From a virus (taxonomy: Duplodnaviria > Caudoviricetes), in the IMG/VR virus record IMGVR_UViG_3300024988_000234, positions 1 through 35,347 of that record: a stretch of DNA of 35,347 nt, one strand, 5' to 3'. The stretch's first letter is position 1. Each line of letters opens with the position of its first letter. The notes under the pieces were generated by a model. That model was not told the origin of the DNA. It ran no database searches and saw nothing but the letters and a program-made list of their open reading frames with translations. The position numbers and the translations under genes are program-made. Shown piece by piece: positions 1 through 9,173 of the stretch.

Positions 1-948
1 ATGACGCCCGTGCCGTTCGCCGAGTTCGAACGCCAGGTCCTCAAGCTGTACGACCCCGCCCTCCGCAAGCCCAACACCGCCAAGCAGGTCCGCCAGGTCC
101 TGCGGGAATTCGGCGCGCTGCCGGCGGTGCAGACCACGGCCGACCTCGACCCGACCGCGATCGCCCACTGGATCGCGGCGCACCCCGAGCGATCCGCGGT
201 GACGATCGAGTCGCTGCTCCGGGCGCTGGGGCCGCTGCTCAAGTTCGCGGTGTTCAAGGGGTGGCTGGACCGCTCGCCGCTGGAGTACCGGGGGCCGTCG
301 CAGTGGGTCCGGCCCGACGATCGGCCGGAGCCCAAGGCGCGGCCGGGGAGCCGGACGCTGGGCGAGGTGGGCCGGGTGCTGGAGCTGGCCGACGCCGAGG
401 CCCGGGCGGGCGGCTGGGAGCGGAAGCGGCTGCGGGCCCTGGTGTACTGCTACGCGTACCTCGGGCTGCGCGGCGGCGAGGCGGTGCATCTCTGGCGGAC
501 GGACGTGGACCTGGCCGCCCGGACGGTCAAGGTGCAGGCCCACCGCGAGGACCGCTGGACGCCCAAGACTTTGCAGTCGGCGGCGATCCTGCCGATCGCC
601 CGGCCGCTGGAGCCCGTGCTGAGGTACTGGCTGCGCCAGACCGGCTGTCGCTGGCTGTTCCCGGGGGTGCGGCGGCGCGGGCCCTGGACGGGCGGGGCCG
701 CCGGCCAGTCGCCGCTCGACCAGGTGCGGGAGCTGGGGAAGCGGGCCGGCGTCCCGGACCTGACGATCCATTCGCTGCGCAAGACGGTCGGCACCTACGC
801 CAAGACGTGGGGGCTCGGCCAGCTCGAGCTGAAGGGACTGCTCCGGCATTCGGACGTCGAGACCCAGGCGTGGTACGACGACGGCCCGGCCGAGGCGCTG
901 CGGCCGGCGGTCTCGCGGGTGTCCTACCCGATGTCGCAGGCCGGCTGA
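1..948 (+). CDS. Tyrosine recombinase/integrase (XerC/Int family), 315 aa
   Basis: Catalytic set in order: GLRGGE (R), PKT (K), HSLRK (HxxR), LRHSD (H), WYD (Y); N-terminal SAM-like core-binding region. Confidence 0.93.
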   Translation: MTPVPFAEFERQVLKLYDPALRKPNTAKQVRQVLREFGALPAVQTTADLDPTAIAHWIAAHPERSAVTIESLLRALGPLLKFAVFKGWLDRSPLEYRGPSQWVRPDDRPEPKARPGSRTLGEVGRVLELADAEARAGGWERKRLRALVYCYAYLGLRGGEAVHLWRTDVDLAARTVKVQAHREDRWTPKTLQSAAILPIARPLEPVLRYWLRQTGCRWLFPGVRRRGPWTGGAAGQSPLDQVRELGKRAGVPDLTIHSLRKTVGTYAKTWGLGQLELKGLLRHSDVETQAWYDDGPAEALRPAVSRVSYPMSQAG

Positions 949-1049
949 CGGCCGGGGGCCCCGCGGAGGCCCGCAGATCCGCCCCTGACGCGATCGCGGC
1001 CCCTCGGGCGGCTTCCCGGCCGGCCGGGGCCGCGGGCCGTTCCTGCGCG

Positions 1050-1067
1050 AAGGGAGGGCCCTCCCTT
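1050..1067. promoter_or_regulatory. Perfect 18-bp palindrome covering the RBS and start codon of sigma factor 1
   Basis: AAGGGAGGG|CCCTCCCTT contains GGGAGG and overlaps the TTG at 1066. Confidence 0.5.
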
Positions 1068-1803
1068 GCGGCGTAGCCCTTTCCCGGCCCGCCGGCCGCC
1101 GCGGCGGGTCGTCAAGGACGCGTTCCACGCGACGCTGGGCGCCGTCCCGCTCCTCACCGCCGAGGAGGAGGTCGAGCTGGCCCGGCGTCGCGACGCCGGC
1201 GACGGCGAGGCCCTCGACCGGCTGATCGTCGCCAATCTCCGCTGGGCGGTCCGCGTGGCGACGCGGCACCGGCACGTCCACGGCGGCGACCAGGACGACC
1301 TGGAGCAGGCCGCGATCGGCGGGCTGATGAGGGCGGCCCGGAAATTCGACCCGGACCGGGGTGTGAGGTTCAGCACCTACGCGACGTGGTGGATCCGCCA
1401 GGCCCTCGCCCGCCACGCCGGCGAGGCCCGCCTCATCCACGTGCCCGAGAACCCGCAGGCCCGGGCGTCCGAGGAGGCGGCGAGGGCGAGGGCGATCGCC
1501 TCGATCGACGAGCCGAACGAGCACGGGTCGACCCCGTCCGAGCTGCTGGCCGATCGCGGAGAGGCGCCGGAGGAGGCGATGCGGCGGGAAGAGGCCGCCG
1601 GCGTGCTGGCCGCCGCCGTGCGCCGGCTGGGCCCGCGCGACGCGGAGGTCCTGCGCCGCCGCTACGGCCTCCAGGGCGGCGAGCCCGAGACCCTCAAAGA
1701 GGTGGGCGACCGCCTCGGCCTGACGCGGGAGCGCGTCCGGCAGATCGAGAAGCGCGCGAGGGAGCGCCTGGCGAGGCTGCTGGCGCCCGCGGTCGCGAAC
1801 TGA
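1066..1803 (+). CDS. RNA polymerase sigma-70 family factor (RpoD/RpoS-like, compact), 245 aa
   Basis: Region 1.2 PLLTAEEEVELAR; region 2 LIVANLRW..DDLEQ..GLMRAARKFDPDRGVRFSTYATWWIRQA; region 4 TLKEVGDRLGLTRERVRQIEKRA. Confidence 0.95.
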   Translation: MRRSPFPARRPPRRVVKDAFHATLGAVPLLTAEEEVELARRRDAGDGEALDRLIVANLRWAVRVATRHRHVHGGDQDDLEQAAIGGLMRAARKFDPDRGVRFSTYATWWIRQALARHAGEARLIHVPENPQARASEEAARARAIASIDEPNEHGSTPSELLADRGEAPEEAMRREEAAGVLAAAVRRLGPRDAEVLRRRYGLQGGEPETLKEVGDRLGLTRERVRQIEKRARERLARLLAPAVAN

Positions 1804-1892
1804 CGCGGCCCGACGCCGGCGAAGGTCGCCGGGGCGGGCGTCGTGCGCGCCCCGGCCGTCCCCACCGACCCGAACGAGACCGGAGAGAGACC

Positions 1893-2927
1893 ATGATGAG
1901 CCCCGAGCTGCTGGAGGAGCTGAAGGCCGCCCTGGTGCGGAAGGAAGAGGCGAGGGAGCGCTGGGCGAAGCTGGAGCTGGAGGCGGGCGAGGCCCGCGCC
2001 GTCGCCCTGGAAGCGAAGAAGGATTTCCGGGCCGTCTGCGACGAGCTGGAGGAGATCGAGTCGGAGATCCGCACCGGGCTGACCGGGATGCCGCTGGTGG
2101 ACGCGGCGACGGTGAAGCGGGCCGCACCCGATCGCGAGGCCGAAGAAGACTACTCGGCCATGTGGTCGCGGCCCTGGCTGCACTCGACGAAGCTGTGGGT
2201 CGCCGGCGAGACCGTGGAGGTGGAGATCGGGTACAAGCCCGAATACCACGGCGGGAGCCTGCGGTTCGGCCCCCCGCTCGATACGGCCGGATACGCCCAC
2301 TACGGCGTGGGCAAGCTGGCCGACGGCGTCCCCGTCGACCTCCCGGAATACTACCGCTCGCGGCCCTACGAATACGCCGAGCGGCTGGCCTACCTGCTAG
2401 CGAGGCTGACGACCAAGTCGGGCGACGCGAAGCCATCGGACGCGGCCGACGCCCCGGCGTGGCGAGCCGTTCCGCTCGGCGACCTGAACCTCCCGAAGGA
2501 CACGAAAGCCGCCCTGCGACGCTGCGGCGTGTTCTCGGCCGGCGACCTGGCCGACGCGATCGACCTCGGCGTGGACGACGCGCGGCTCGACGTGAACACG
2601 GAAGCCATCATCGTGCCCGACGGCCCGTGGAGGAACGTCGTCGATTGCGTCGAGGACCTCCGCAACGGACGGCCCTTCGCGACGATCGCGGTCGAGGTAG
2701 AGGTCGTACGACCGACGGCGGCCGAGGAGGCCCGCGCCGAACGCGACGGCCTGACGATCGAGGAGTCGCGGGCCGTCGACGCCGAGGTCGCCAAGATCGT
2801 CACGACCGCGGGCGGACGGTACATACCGCCGTCGAAGGCCGACGAGCGGCCGGTGAAGCCGGCGAAGGGCACGAAGCGCGGGGCGTCGTCCGCGGCCGTC
2901 GGGGCCGCGGCGGCGACGACCCCATGA
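1893..2927 (+). CDS. Hypothetical protein, 344 aa: N-terminal coiled coil plus RpoA alpha-CTD-like HhH motif
   Basis: GGAGAGAG RBS before ATG 1893 (the ORF track extends it upstream). VPLGDLNLPKDTKAALRRCGVFSAGDL resembles the alpha-CTD pattern. Confidence 0.7.
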   Translation: MMSPELLEELKAALVRKEEARERWAKLELEAGEARAVALEAKKDFRAVCDELEEIESEIRTGLTGMPLVDAATVKRAAPDREAEEDYSAMWSRPWLHSTKLWVAGETVEVEIGYKPEYHGGSLRFGPPLDTAGYAHYGVGKLADGVPVDLPEYYRSRPYEYAERLAYLLARLTTKSGDAKPSDAADAPAWRAVPLGDLNLPKDTKAALRRCGVFSAGDLADAIDLGVDDARLDVNTEAIIVPDGPWRNVVDCVEDLRNGRPFATIAVEVEVVRPTAAEEARAERDGLTIEESRAVDAEVAKIVTTAGGRYIPPSKADERPVKPAKGTKRGASSAAVGAAAATTP

Positions 2928-3289
2928 GCGGCCGGCGGTACGAGTACTTCGAAGTCGGCGCGTCCGGGCGGTACGGCGGCGTCGGGGAGGTCCTCGCCGC
3001 CGCCGAGCTGGCGAAGCGGGACGGCGTCGCCACCGTCTACGGCATGCCGATCGGCGGCTCCGTCCTGGATTACGAGGTCCTCGGCTGCGTCCGGCGGAGG
3101 GACGGCGTCGTCGAGCTGACGGGCGTGGAGCCGGCGTCCCTGGGCTGCTGCCCGCACTGCGGCTGCATCGACGTCGACCCGCTCGACGAGGGGTGGGACG
3201 AGCTGGTCTGCACCGCCTGCGGCGTGACGTGGAGTCTAAGCGAGCTGCTCAATCCGGCCGAGGGGCCGGGGGAAGGAGGCCCGACGTGA
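2924..3289 (+). CDS. Hypothetical Zn-ribbon protein, 121 aa
   Basis: ATGA overlap with the previous stop; CPHC..CTAC. Confidence 0.7.
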   Translation: MSGRRYEYFEVGASGRYGGVGEVLAAAELAKRDGVATVYGMPIGGSVLDYEVLGCVRRRDGVVELTGVEPASLGCCPHCGCIDVDPLDEGWDELVCTACGVTWSLSELLNPAEGPGEGGPT

Positions 3290-3495
3290 TGCATCCGACG
3301 TGGATCGTCGCGGGCTTGGTCGTGATCGCCCTCGCCGTCGCGCTGGCCGTCCGTCTGAACCGGGCGGTCCGGCGTTGCCCGCGGTGCGGCCGGGGGGAGG
3401 TCGATCTGGTCGCCGAGGGGGAGGGCTGGGCCGAGCGCTGCCGCTCGTGCGGGTGGACGGCGGACGTCGGCGTGGACGACGTCCGCGTGTGGTGA
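3286..3495 (+). CDS. Small membrane-anchored Zn-ribbon protein, about 69 aa
   Basis: AGGAGG RBS; hydrophobic WIVAGLVVIALAVALAV followed by CPRC..CRSC. Confidence 0.7.
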   Translation: MMHPTWIVAGLVVIALAVALAVRLNRAVRRCPRCGRGEVDLVAEGEGWAERCRSCGWTADVGVDDVRVW

Positions 3496-3574
3496 GGGGA
3501 GGCCGCCCGCCGCGATCGGCGCGGCGGGCGGGGAGTTCAAGCGAGGGAGCTTATTCCGAGAAGGGGGGCCCGGC

Positions 3575-3802
3575 GTGATCCAGCTCATCCTGACCTGCGA
3601 CGTGTGCGGCAAGCCGGGGCCGTCGGCGAAGACCGACGGCGTCGCGCCGAGGACGACGATCGAGGGCCTGCGATCCAGCAAGGGGTGGTCCCGCTGCCGC
3701 AGGCGGCACACGGAGTCGATGCAGGACCACTGCCCCGACTGCCTCGCCGAGCTGAGGTCGAGGCAGGCGACGCGGAACGGCACCACCCGGAGGCGGACGT
3801 GA
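3575..3802 (+). CDS. Small Zn-finger protein, 75 aa
   Basis: TCDVCG..GW..DHCPDC pattern typical of small phage proteins; AAGGGGG RBS. Confidence 0.72.
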   Translation: MIQLILTCDVCGKPGPSAKTDGVAPRTTIEGLRSSKGWSRCRRRHTESMQDHCPDCLAELRSRQATRNGTTRRRT

Positions 3803-4065
3803 CGCGAGCGGCGGCGTCGCGCGACGCCCGGCTCGTCCCCGGCGAGTTCGTGGAATACACGCGCGGGGCGATCGACAGGATGCACGTCCCCGGGGCGATC
3901 GATCAGCCGCACGAGGGGCTGTGGGGCGTCGTCGTCTCCGTGAGCGACCACCCGCACGGCGGCCTGGTCGTCTGGAGGCATCAACGAGGCGAGGCGAAGA
4001 CCTTCGGCTGCTATCTCTGCCGATGCGGGAGCGACTTCCGAGAAAGGGCGTGCGATGGCGACTGA
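3799..4065 (+). CDS. Hypothetical protein, 88 aa (SH3/KOW-like)
   Basis: GTGA overlap, GGAGG RBS; LVPGEFVEY..GVVVSV..LVVW. Confidence 0.6.
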   Translation: MTRAAASRDARLVPGEFVEYTRGAIDRMHVPGAIDQPHEGLWGVVVSVSDHPHGGLVVWRHQRGEAKTFGCYLCRCGSDFRERACDGD

Positions 4066-4438
4066 CGAACCTGGAACGAATGGGGCGAAGGAACCGACGA
4101 CCCACGACTATTCGCGGCCCGTCTGGGGCCACGCCTGCGAGGTCACGGCGATCCGCGACGGGGGCGCCGAGGTCGACGGCCACGGGTGGGGGCGCGGGAT
4201 CGAGGTCGGGGACTTCCTGATCCTCGACGACGGCCGGGGGCTCACGACGCGGTACAAGGCGGCCCGGGTCCGCTACTGCGACGACCCTCCCGACATGTGG
4301 TTCGCCACGCTGGCGTTCGCCCCGAGGCCGGGTCCTCCGGAGCCCGTGCGCAGGGGGCCTTACGACGTGACCGGGATCATGCAGGGGCTCTATGAAGCCC
4401 CCGGACGCGACGGCCGGAAGGGAGGGGTGCTGGGATGA
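4055..4438 (+). CDS. Hypothetical phage protein, 127 aa
   Basis: Coupled to both neighbours, normal amino-acid composition (GRGIEVGDFLIL..RY..DPPDMWFA). Confidence 0.72.
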   Translation: MATDEPGTNGAKEPTTHDYSRPVWGHACEVTAIRDGGAEVDGHGWGRGIEVGDFLILDDGRGLTTRYKAARVRYCDDPPDMWFATLAFAPRPGPPEPVRRGPYDVTGIMQGLYEAPGRDGRKGGVLG

Positions 4439-5406
4439 ACGACGAACTCGAATCGATCGACCCGATCGACCCGATCGACCGGATGGCGGCGGACGTGACG
4501 GCGGCCTGGAGCGCCCGGCGGGCGTGCGGGCCGCCGGGGCCGGGGGACGTGGTGCGGGAGGACGGGGCCGGGGTGGAGCTGACCGTCGGTCGGGTGGACG
4601 AAACGGTCCTGCCGCCGGCGGCGTGGTGCGGGCTGGGGGGCGGGGAAGACCTCTGGGGGGCCCGCTGGATCCCGGTCGACCGGCTGAAGGTCGTGCGCAG
4701 GGCGGCCGACCCGGACGCGCCCGGGGACGACGTCGCCGAGGCCCTGGGGGACGCCGTCGACGTCGCCCTGGAGTGCGGCGAGGTCCACCTGGGGGCCGCC
4801 CTGGTGATGCTCCTCCGCCTCCGCGAGGGGGGCCGCGAGAAGGAGGCGGTCGAGCGGCTGATGTTCCTGGCGGCGGATTCGGGGATCGGGCCGGAGGGGG
4901 GAGTCCGGCCGGCCTGGCACATCCGGGAGGGGGACGTCGTCCGCCCGAGGCGGGGCGGGCCGGCGATGCGGGTCGAGCGGATCGAGATGGGCCCCGAGCC
5001 GCCGCGGGCCCTCTGCGAGTTCCTGTATCGGACGCCCGACTGGTGCAACGTCGGCCGGACGGCGTACTTCCCGCTCGACGTCCTGGCCCGGGCCGACGGC
5101 TCGCCGATCGCCCCGCCGACGAGCGTCCGCGAGCTGCTGGATCACCTGCGGCGGCGGCCGATGGTGCGGATCACGGGGCCGTCGCCGGGCTCGCCCGTCC
5201 CGTCGGCCCGGACGACGGCGTTCGCGCGGTTCGAGGGGGGCCGACTCTGGTTCAAGGACGGCCGGCACATCCCCCTGGCCTGCACGCTGACGCCCGGGGC
5301 GGCGGCGTCGGAGGCGGGGATCGAGTTCGACGCCGCCGGGTTCGTCGTCACCAAATTCGGCGTGAAGATCCGCGTCGACTACCTGCCGTCGCCGGCCGAC
5401 GGCTGA
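4435..5406 (+). CDS. Protein with YodC/DUF2158-like SH3-fold repeat(s), 323 aa
   Basis: IREGDVVRPRRGGPAMRV..C.F..FP..L matches the DUF2158 pattern (GDvV.LKSGGP.MTV); a degenerate copy GPGDVVRE..LTV lies near the N-terminus. Confidence 0.65.
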   Translation: MNDELESIDPIDPIDRMAADVTAAWSARRACGPPGPGDVVREDGAGVELTVGRVDETVLPPAAWCGLGGGEDLWGARWIPVDRLKVVRRAADPDAPGDDVAEALGDAVDVALECGEVHLGAALVMLLRLREGGREKEAVERLMFLAADSGIGPEGGVRPAWHIREGDVVRPRRGGPAMRVERIEMGPEPPRALCEFLYRTPDWCNVGRTAYFPLDVLARADGSPIAPPTSVRELLDHLRRRPMVRITGPSPGSPVPSARTTAFARFEGGRLWFKDGRHIPLACTLTPGAAASEAGIEFDAAGFVVTKFGVKIRVDYLPSPADG

Positions 5407-5594
5407 TCCGCCGGCGGGGCCGCGCCGGCGTCGTCGCCGGCGCGGAGGCAGGCGAGGCAGTCGGCGGGCGCGACCTCGCGGCCGAGGCGGGTGCAGGACC
5501 CGTAGCGGCAGCCGCAGGCGGCGGGGGCCTTGCACGCGCAGGCCCTCGCCCGCGCCAGGAGGGCCAGATCCTCGGCGAGGGACGGGGGGATCAT
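5379..5594 (-). CDS. Small Cys-rich protein, 71 aa; last gene of the late operon
   Basis: ATGA overlap with the upstream stop; CAC..CGC..C..CLAC. Confidence 0.55.
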   Translation of the reverse strand: MIPPSLAEDLALLARARACACKAPAACGCRYGSCTRLGREVAPADCLACLRAGDDAGAAPPADQPSAGDGR

Positions 5595-6280
5595 TCGTGC
5601 AAGCTCACGGAGTAGGCCCCATTGTGGGGGGACCCCGCCAGGCTGCGCGTCCCGCCGCACGTCGCGGTGGCCAGCGAGCCGCCGGCGTCGGGCGTCCAGG
5701 CCGACGCGACGGCCGCGGTGCATGCCGAGTAGGTCGCGTACGGGGCCGTGCGGAGCACGGTCAGCCGCAGGGACGGGCCGATCGGGCCGACCTCGAACGT
5801 GTACCCGGCCGCCGACCCGGACCAGCCGGCGACGCCGGACTTGGAGACGGCGACGGGGCCGAAGCCGGAATCCTCGAAGGTCAGGACCCCGGCCTGCGGG
5901 TAGGGGATCGCCGGGACGGACTGATAAGCATCCGCCGCGTGGATGAAGTTGTCCCCGGATCCCTGGGGACGCCAGCCGATGAGGTCGCCCGAGTCGAGGC
6001 CGGAGATGAGGACGCGGTAGCCCGCGCCGGCCGCGAGCGAGGCCCCCGCCCAGGTCCTGGCCCGGCAGCGCGGGACGTCGGAGACGCGGACCGTCCACCC
6101 GGACACGGACGAGGAGGGGATCGGGAGCCTGACGAGGCCGTCGACGTCGGCGACGCCGTCGGCCATGACGGCGCCGCCGCCGTCCCAGAGGGTGACGCGG
6201 CCGTGGGGGCACGGGCCGTCGACGGCCGTCCGGAGGGAGGCCGTGATCGTCCAGCAGCAGCACTTGCGCCGGGTCAGCAT
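5591..6280 (-). CDS. Putative tail-tip/virion protein, 229 aa, N-terminal CCC motif, beta-rich
   Basis: ATG 6280 overlaps the end of the previous gene; MLTRRKCCCW; located after the large tail protein. Confidence 0.65.
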   Translation of the reverse strand: MLTRRKCCCWTITASLRTAVDGPCPHGRVTLWDGGGAVMADGVADVDGLVRLPIPSSSVSGWTVRVSDVPRCRARTWAGASLAAGAGYRVLISGLDSGDLIGWRPQGSGDNFIHAADAYQSVPAIPYPQAGVLTFEDSGFGPVAVSKSGVAGWSGSAAGYTFEVGPIGPSLRLTVLRTAPYATYSACTAAVASAWTPDAGGSLATATCGGTRSLAGSPHNGAYSVSLHE

Positions 6281-6639
6281 TGGAGGGGGGTCGCGAGGAC
6301 GGTGCCGGACTGGTCGGCCTGGACGGCGACGCGCTGGCCCGCGTAGAGGGAGGCGACGGGGTCGGGGTTGACGACGGCGACGGAGCCGCCCGACGGGGCC
6401 CAGCCGCCGGAAGAGTTGCAAAGGTCGACCATGCCGGAGGCGCCGCCGGCGATGGCGGCGGACACGGTCCCGACGCGGAGGCCGCCGCCCGACGGCGCCG
6501 CGAACCCCGCCTGCGCCGCCTGCATGCGCTGGCGCTGGTCGAGCTGGTCGAGCTTGGCCTCGGCGCGGAGGGCCCGCTCCTCCATGCGGCGGAGGGCCAG
6601 CTCCAGGCGGTCGAGGCGTGCGTCGGAGTAGCTGGGCAT
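6274..6639 (-). CDS. Putative minor tail protein, 121 aa (coiled coil plus small beta domain)
   Basis: TGATG overlap at 6639; RLDRLELALRRMEE coiled coil. Confidence 0.7.
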   Translation of the reverse strand: MPSYSDARLDRLELALRRMEERALRAEAKLDQLDQRQRMQAAQAGFAAPSGGGLRVGTVSAAIAGGASGMVDLCNSSGGWAPSGGSVAVVNPDPVASLYAGQRVAVQADQSGTVLATPLQC

Positions 6640-9161
6640 CACTGGTACCCCAGGCCCGGGCCGCCGACGCCGGGGCGGCGCGGGGCGTCGTCCCCTTCGC
6701 CGGCGATGCGGGCCAGCTCGGCGTCGATCGCCCGGTCTTTCTGCCTCTGTTCCTCGGCGGCGATCGCCCCCGGGGTCGTCGGCGTCTCCCTCGGGCCGGG
6801 GCCGGTGGGGTTCCCGAGGGCGTGGGAGAGGCGGGAGGCGTCGCGGGCCGAAGACTTCTCCGCCCGGTCGCGGGAGTCGGCCCGGCCGTCGGCCTCGGCC
6901 ATGTTCCGGGCCCAGTCCTTGCCGAGGGCCCCGGCCAGGCCCTGGGCGTGCTCCAGCGAGCCGGCCCGGATCGCCTTCCGCCGGTCCTCGGAGATGACGC
7001 GATCGGGGCGGGAGGCGGCGAGCTTCCGGCGGCCCTCCGACTCGGCATCCCGCCCCGCGCGGGCCTTCGCCCGGTCGGCGGCGCGATCGTCCTCGGAGAC
7101 GGAGGCGTACTTGCGGTCGGAGCGGTAGGGCCTGTTCGTCGTCCGATAGGGGCGGTCCTTCCGGTACTCGCGCCCCGCCTCGTAGCGGCCCGATGCGTCG
7201 CCGCCCGGCGTCGACCAATCGGCGTCGAGCATCGCCGCGGCGGCCCGGACGTCGTCGCCCTCGTCGGGCCGGGGCGCGGCCGCGGCCGTCGGGCCGGGCG
7301 TCCGGAGCGACGCCCCCTCCAGCGCCCCGTGCGAGCCCCACGACGGGTGCGAGTAGAGGCGATCGCCGCTGAAGGCTTTCAAGCGGTTGCTGAAGGCGAC
7401 GCGGGTGATCCACTCCGAGCCGCCGCCGGAGAGCGGGGCCCAGTCGAGGACGACGGACCGCGCGAGGGCGGCCATCGACTCGTACCCCGTCGTCCCGCCC
7501 GCGCGGGCCAGGCCGATCGCCGCCCCCTTGGTCAGGGCGGGCGTCAGCTTGCCGTAGTAGGTGATCGAGCCCTCGCAGACGGTGTTCTTGACCGTGTCGA
7601 GGATTTCTTGCGCGAGCTGCGTCCGGGCCGTCGCGTCGCGGTAGTCGAGCCAGCTCGGGTCGTCGACGACGAGGGCCTGCTCGACGCCGTCCTCGGAGTG
7701 GGCGGTCCCCTCGTAGCCGCTCGACGGGACGGTCGCGGAGAGCGCCCCGCGGCTGTAGGGGACGAGGACCTTGACCTCGCAGGGGGCGGCCCCCCAGGGC
7801 TTGTTGATGGGCGCGTGGAAGACGATGTATCCGTCGGTGGTCCCGTCGTAGGGGACGACGTCGAAGGTCAAAGGAAACTCGTTGTACGGCTTGTTGCAGC
7901 CGGTCGACCAGCAGATCACCGCCTGGGGCGTCGTGGTCATGACGACCTGGCCGTCGGCCGGGGCCCAGGGGACGGCGTGGCTGAACCGCTCGACCAGGTG
8001 CCGCGCGACGTAGGCGTTGTTGATGAGGAGCTTGCGCCAGACGAGCGACTTGGGGCTGTACATGCCGCGGATGCTGTAGCGCGTGTAGCCGGAGTTGTTG
8101 AACGGGACGTCGACCGTCAGGGCGGACGTCCCGCCGGCGGAGAGGGCCGTGCAGGCGGTGATGCGGCGACTCTCGCAGAAGGTCAGGCCGGTCGCGACGG
8201 GGTTGTAGGCGCAGACCTCGGCGACGACGCCCGGCCAGTAGTTCGCGGCCCACGTCCTGGCCGCGTCGTCGGATTGGACGGTCAGCGTGGTCGACGTCAT
8301 CGCCGTCACGTCGCCGAGGTCGGCCGCGTCCTTCGGCTGCGTGAAGTCGCTCTCCTGGTAGGTCGACTCGTCGCCGGAACTCCAGCCCTTGCTCAGGCCC
8401 GAGTCGGCGAAGTCGAGGTAGGCGGCCTGGACGTCGGCCCCGCCGCGGTAGACGACCCGGGTGAAGCATTCCGAGTGGTCGCGGGAGAGGCGGTCGACGA
8501 CGATCGGGTCGGAGTCCAGGGTCAAGGTCAGGGGCGTCAGGTCGGTCAGCTGGGACTTGATCTTGATGGAGCCGTCGGCGGGGTCGATCCAGGCGACGTA
8601 TTTGTTGCACCATTTCCGCAACAGCGCCCGGACCGCGTTCCAGAGCCCCCCGGTCAGGTACACCGGCTCGGGCGGGACGACGACCAGGGCGGCGAGGTCG
8701 GCCGGGGCGTAGGAGGCGACGCCGATCGCCGCCAGCTCCGCCGCGTGGAGGTCGAACAGCCGCGTCAGGATCGCGCCGACGGACAGCCCGGCGTCGATCG
8801 GGACGTAATCGTCGTCGGTCGGCGGCAGGTTGTAGGCGAGCCGGCCCGTGCCGTCGGCGGCCGTGACGGCGACGCGGTTGGCGAGCCATTCCAGGCCCAT
8901 CGCCTTGTAGCCGATCTGGATCGGCCCTCGGCCGATGGAGCTGGGGTAGCTGCCGACGATCGCCCCCTTGAAGCAGGTGACGCCGTCGACGATCAGCTCG
9001 CAGGACGCGCGGGGGCCGAACGCCCCGGGGAGCGTGGTGCAGACCTCCGAGAACTCCAGGGAGTCGAACCCGGAGTCGACCTGGAGGACGAGTCGGTCGA
9101 GGACGATCCGCGCGGCGGGTCGGTCGACCTCGACGCCGGCGATCTTGAGGACGGACGCCAC
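6639..9161 (-). CDS. Large tail protein (hub/Tal-like), 840 aa
   Basis: Directly follows the tape measure gene; beta-rich N-terminal ~630 aa and a charged low-complexity C-terminus. Confidence 0.75.
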   Translation of the reverse strand: MASVLKIAGVEVDRPAARIVLDRLVLQVDSGFDSLEFSEVCTTLPGAFGPRASCELIVDGVTCFKGAIVGSYPSSIGRGPIQIGYKAMGLEWLANRVAVTAADGTGRLAYNLPPTDDDYVPIDAGLSVGAILTRLFDLHAAELAAIGVASYAPADLAALVVVPPEPVYLTGGLWNAVRALLRKWCNKYVAWIDPADGSIKIKSQLTDLTPLTLTLDSDPIVVDRLSRDHSECFTRVVYRGGADVQAAYLDFADSGLSKGWSSGDESTYQESDFTQPKDAADLGDVTAMTSTTLTVQSDDAARTWAANYWPGVVAEVCAYNPVATGLTFCESRRITACTALSAGGTSALTVDVPFNNSGYTRYSIRGMYSPKSLVWRKLLINNAYVARHLVERFSHAVPWAPADGQVVMTTTPQAVICWSTGCNKPYNEFPLTFDVVPYDGTTDGYIVFHAPINKPWGAAPCEVKVLVPYSRGALSATVPSSGYEGTAHSEDGVEQALVVDDPSWLDYRDATARTQLAQEILDTVKNTVCEGSITYYGKLTPALTKGAAIGLARAGGTTGYESMAALARSVVLDWAPLSGGGSEWITRVAFSNRLKAFSGDRLYSHPSWGSHGALEGASLRTPGPTAAAAPRPDEGDDVRAAAAMLDADWSTPGGDASGRYEAGREYRKDRPYRTTNRPYRSDRKYASVSEDDRAADRAKARAGRDAESEGRRKLAASRPDRVISEDRRKAIRAGSLEHAQGLAGALGKDWARNMAEADGRADSRDRAEKSSARDASRLSHALGNPTGPGPRETPTTPGAIAAEEQRQKDRAIDAELARIAGEGDDAPRRPGVGGPGLGYQ

Positions 9162-9173
9162 GGGGGCCTCGCG

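Noticed and set aside
1-948. Tyrosine recombinase as a protelomerase for the 22-bp palindrome
   Set aside because: Size and HxxR/H/Y motifs are those of XerC/Int-type enzymes, not TelN-type.
4452-4482. ATCGACCCG tandem repeat (IDPIDPIDR)
   Set aside because: Short in-frame coding microrepeat; no spacers, so not CRISPR, and not a frameshifting tract.
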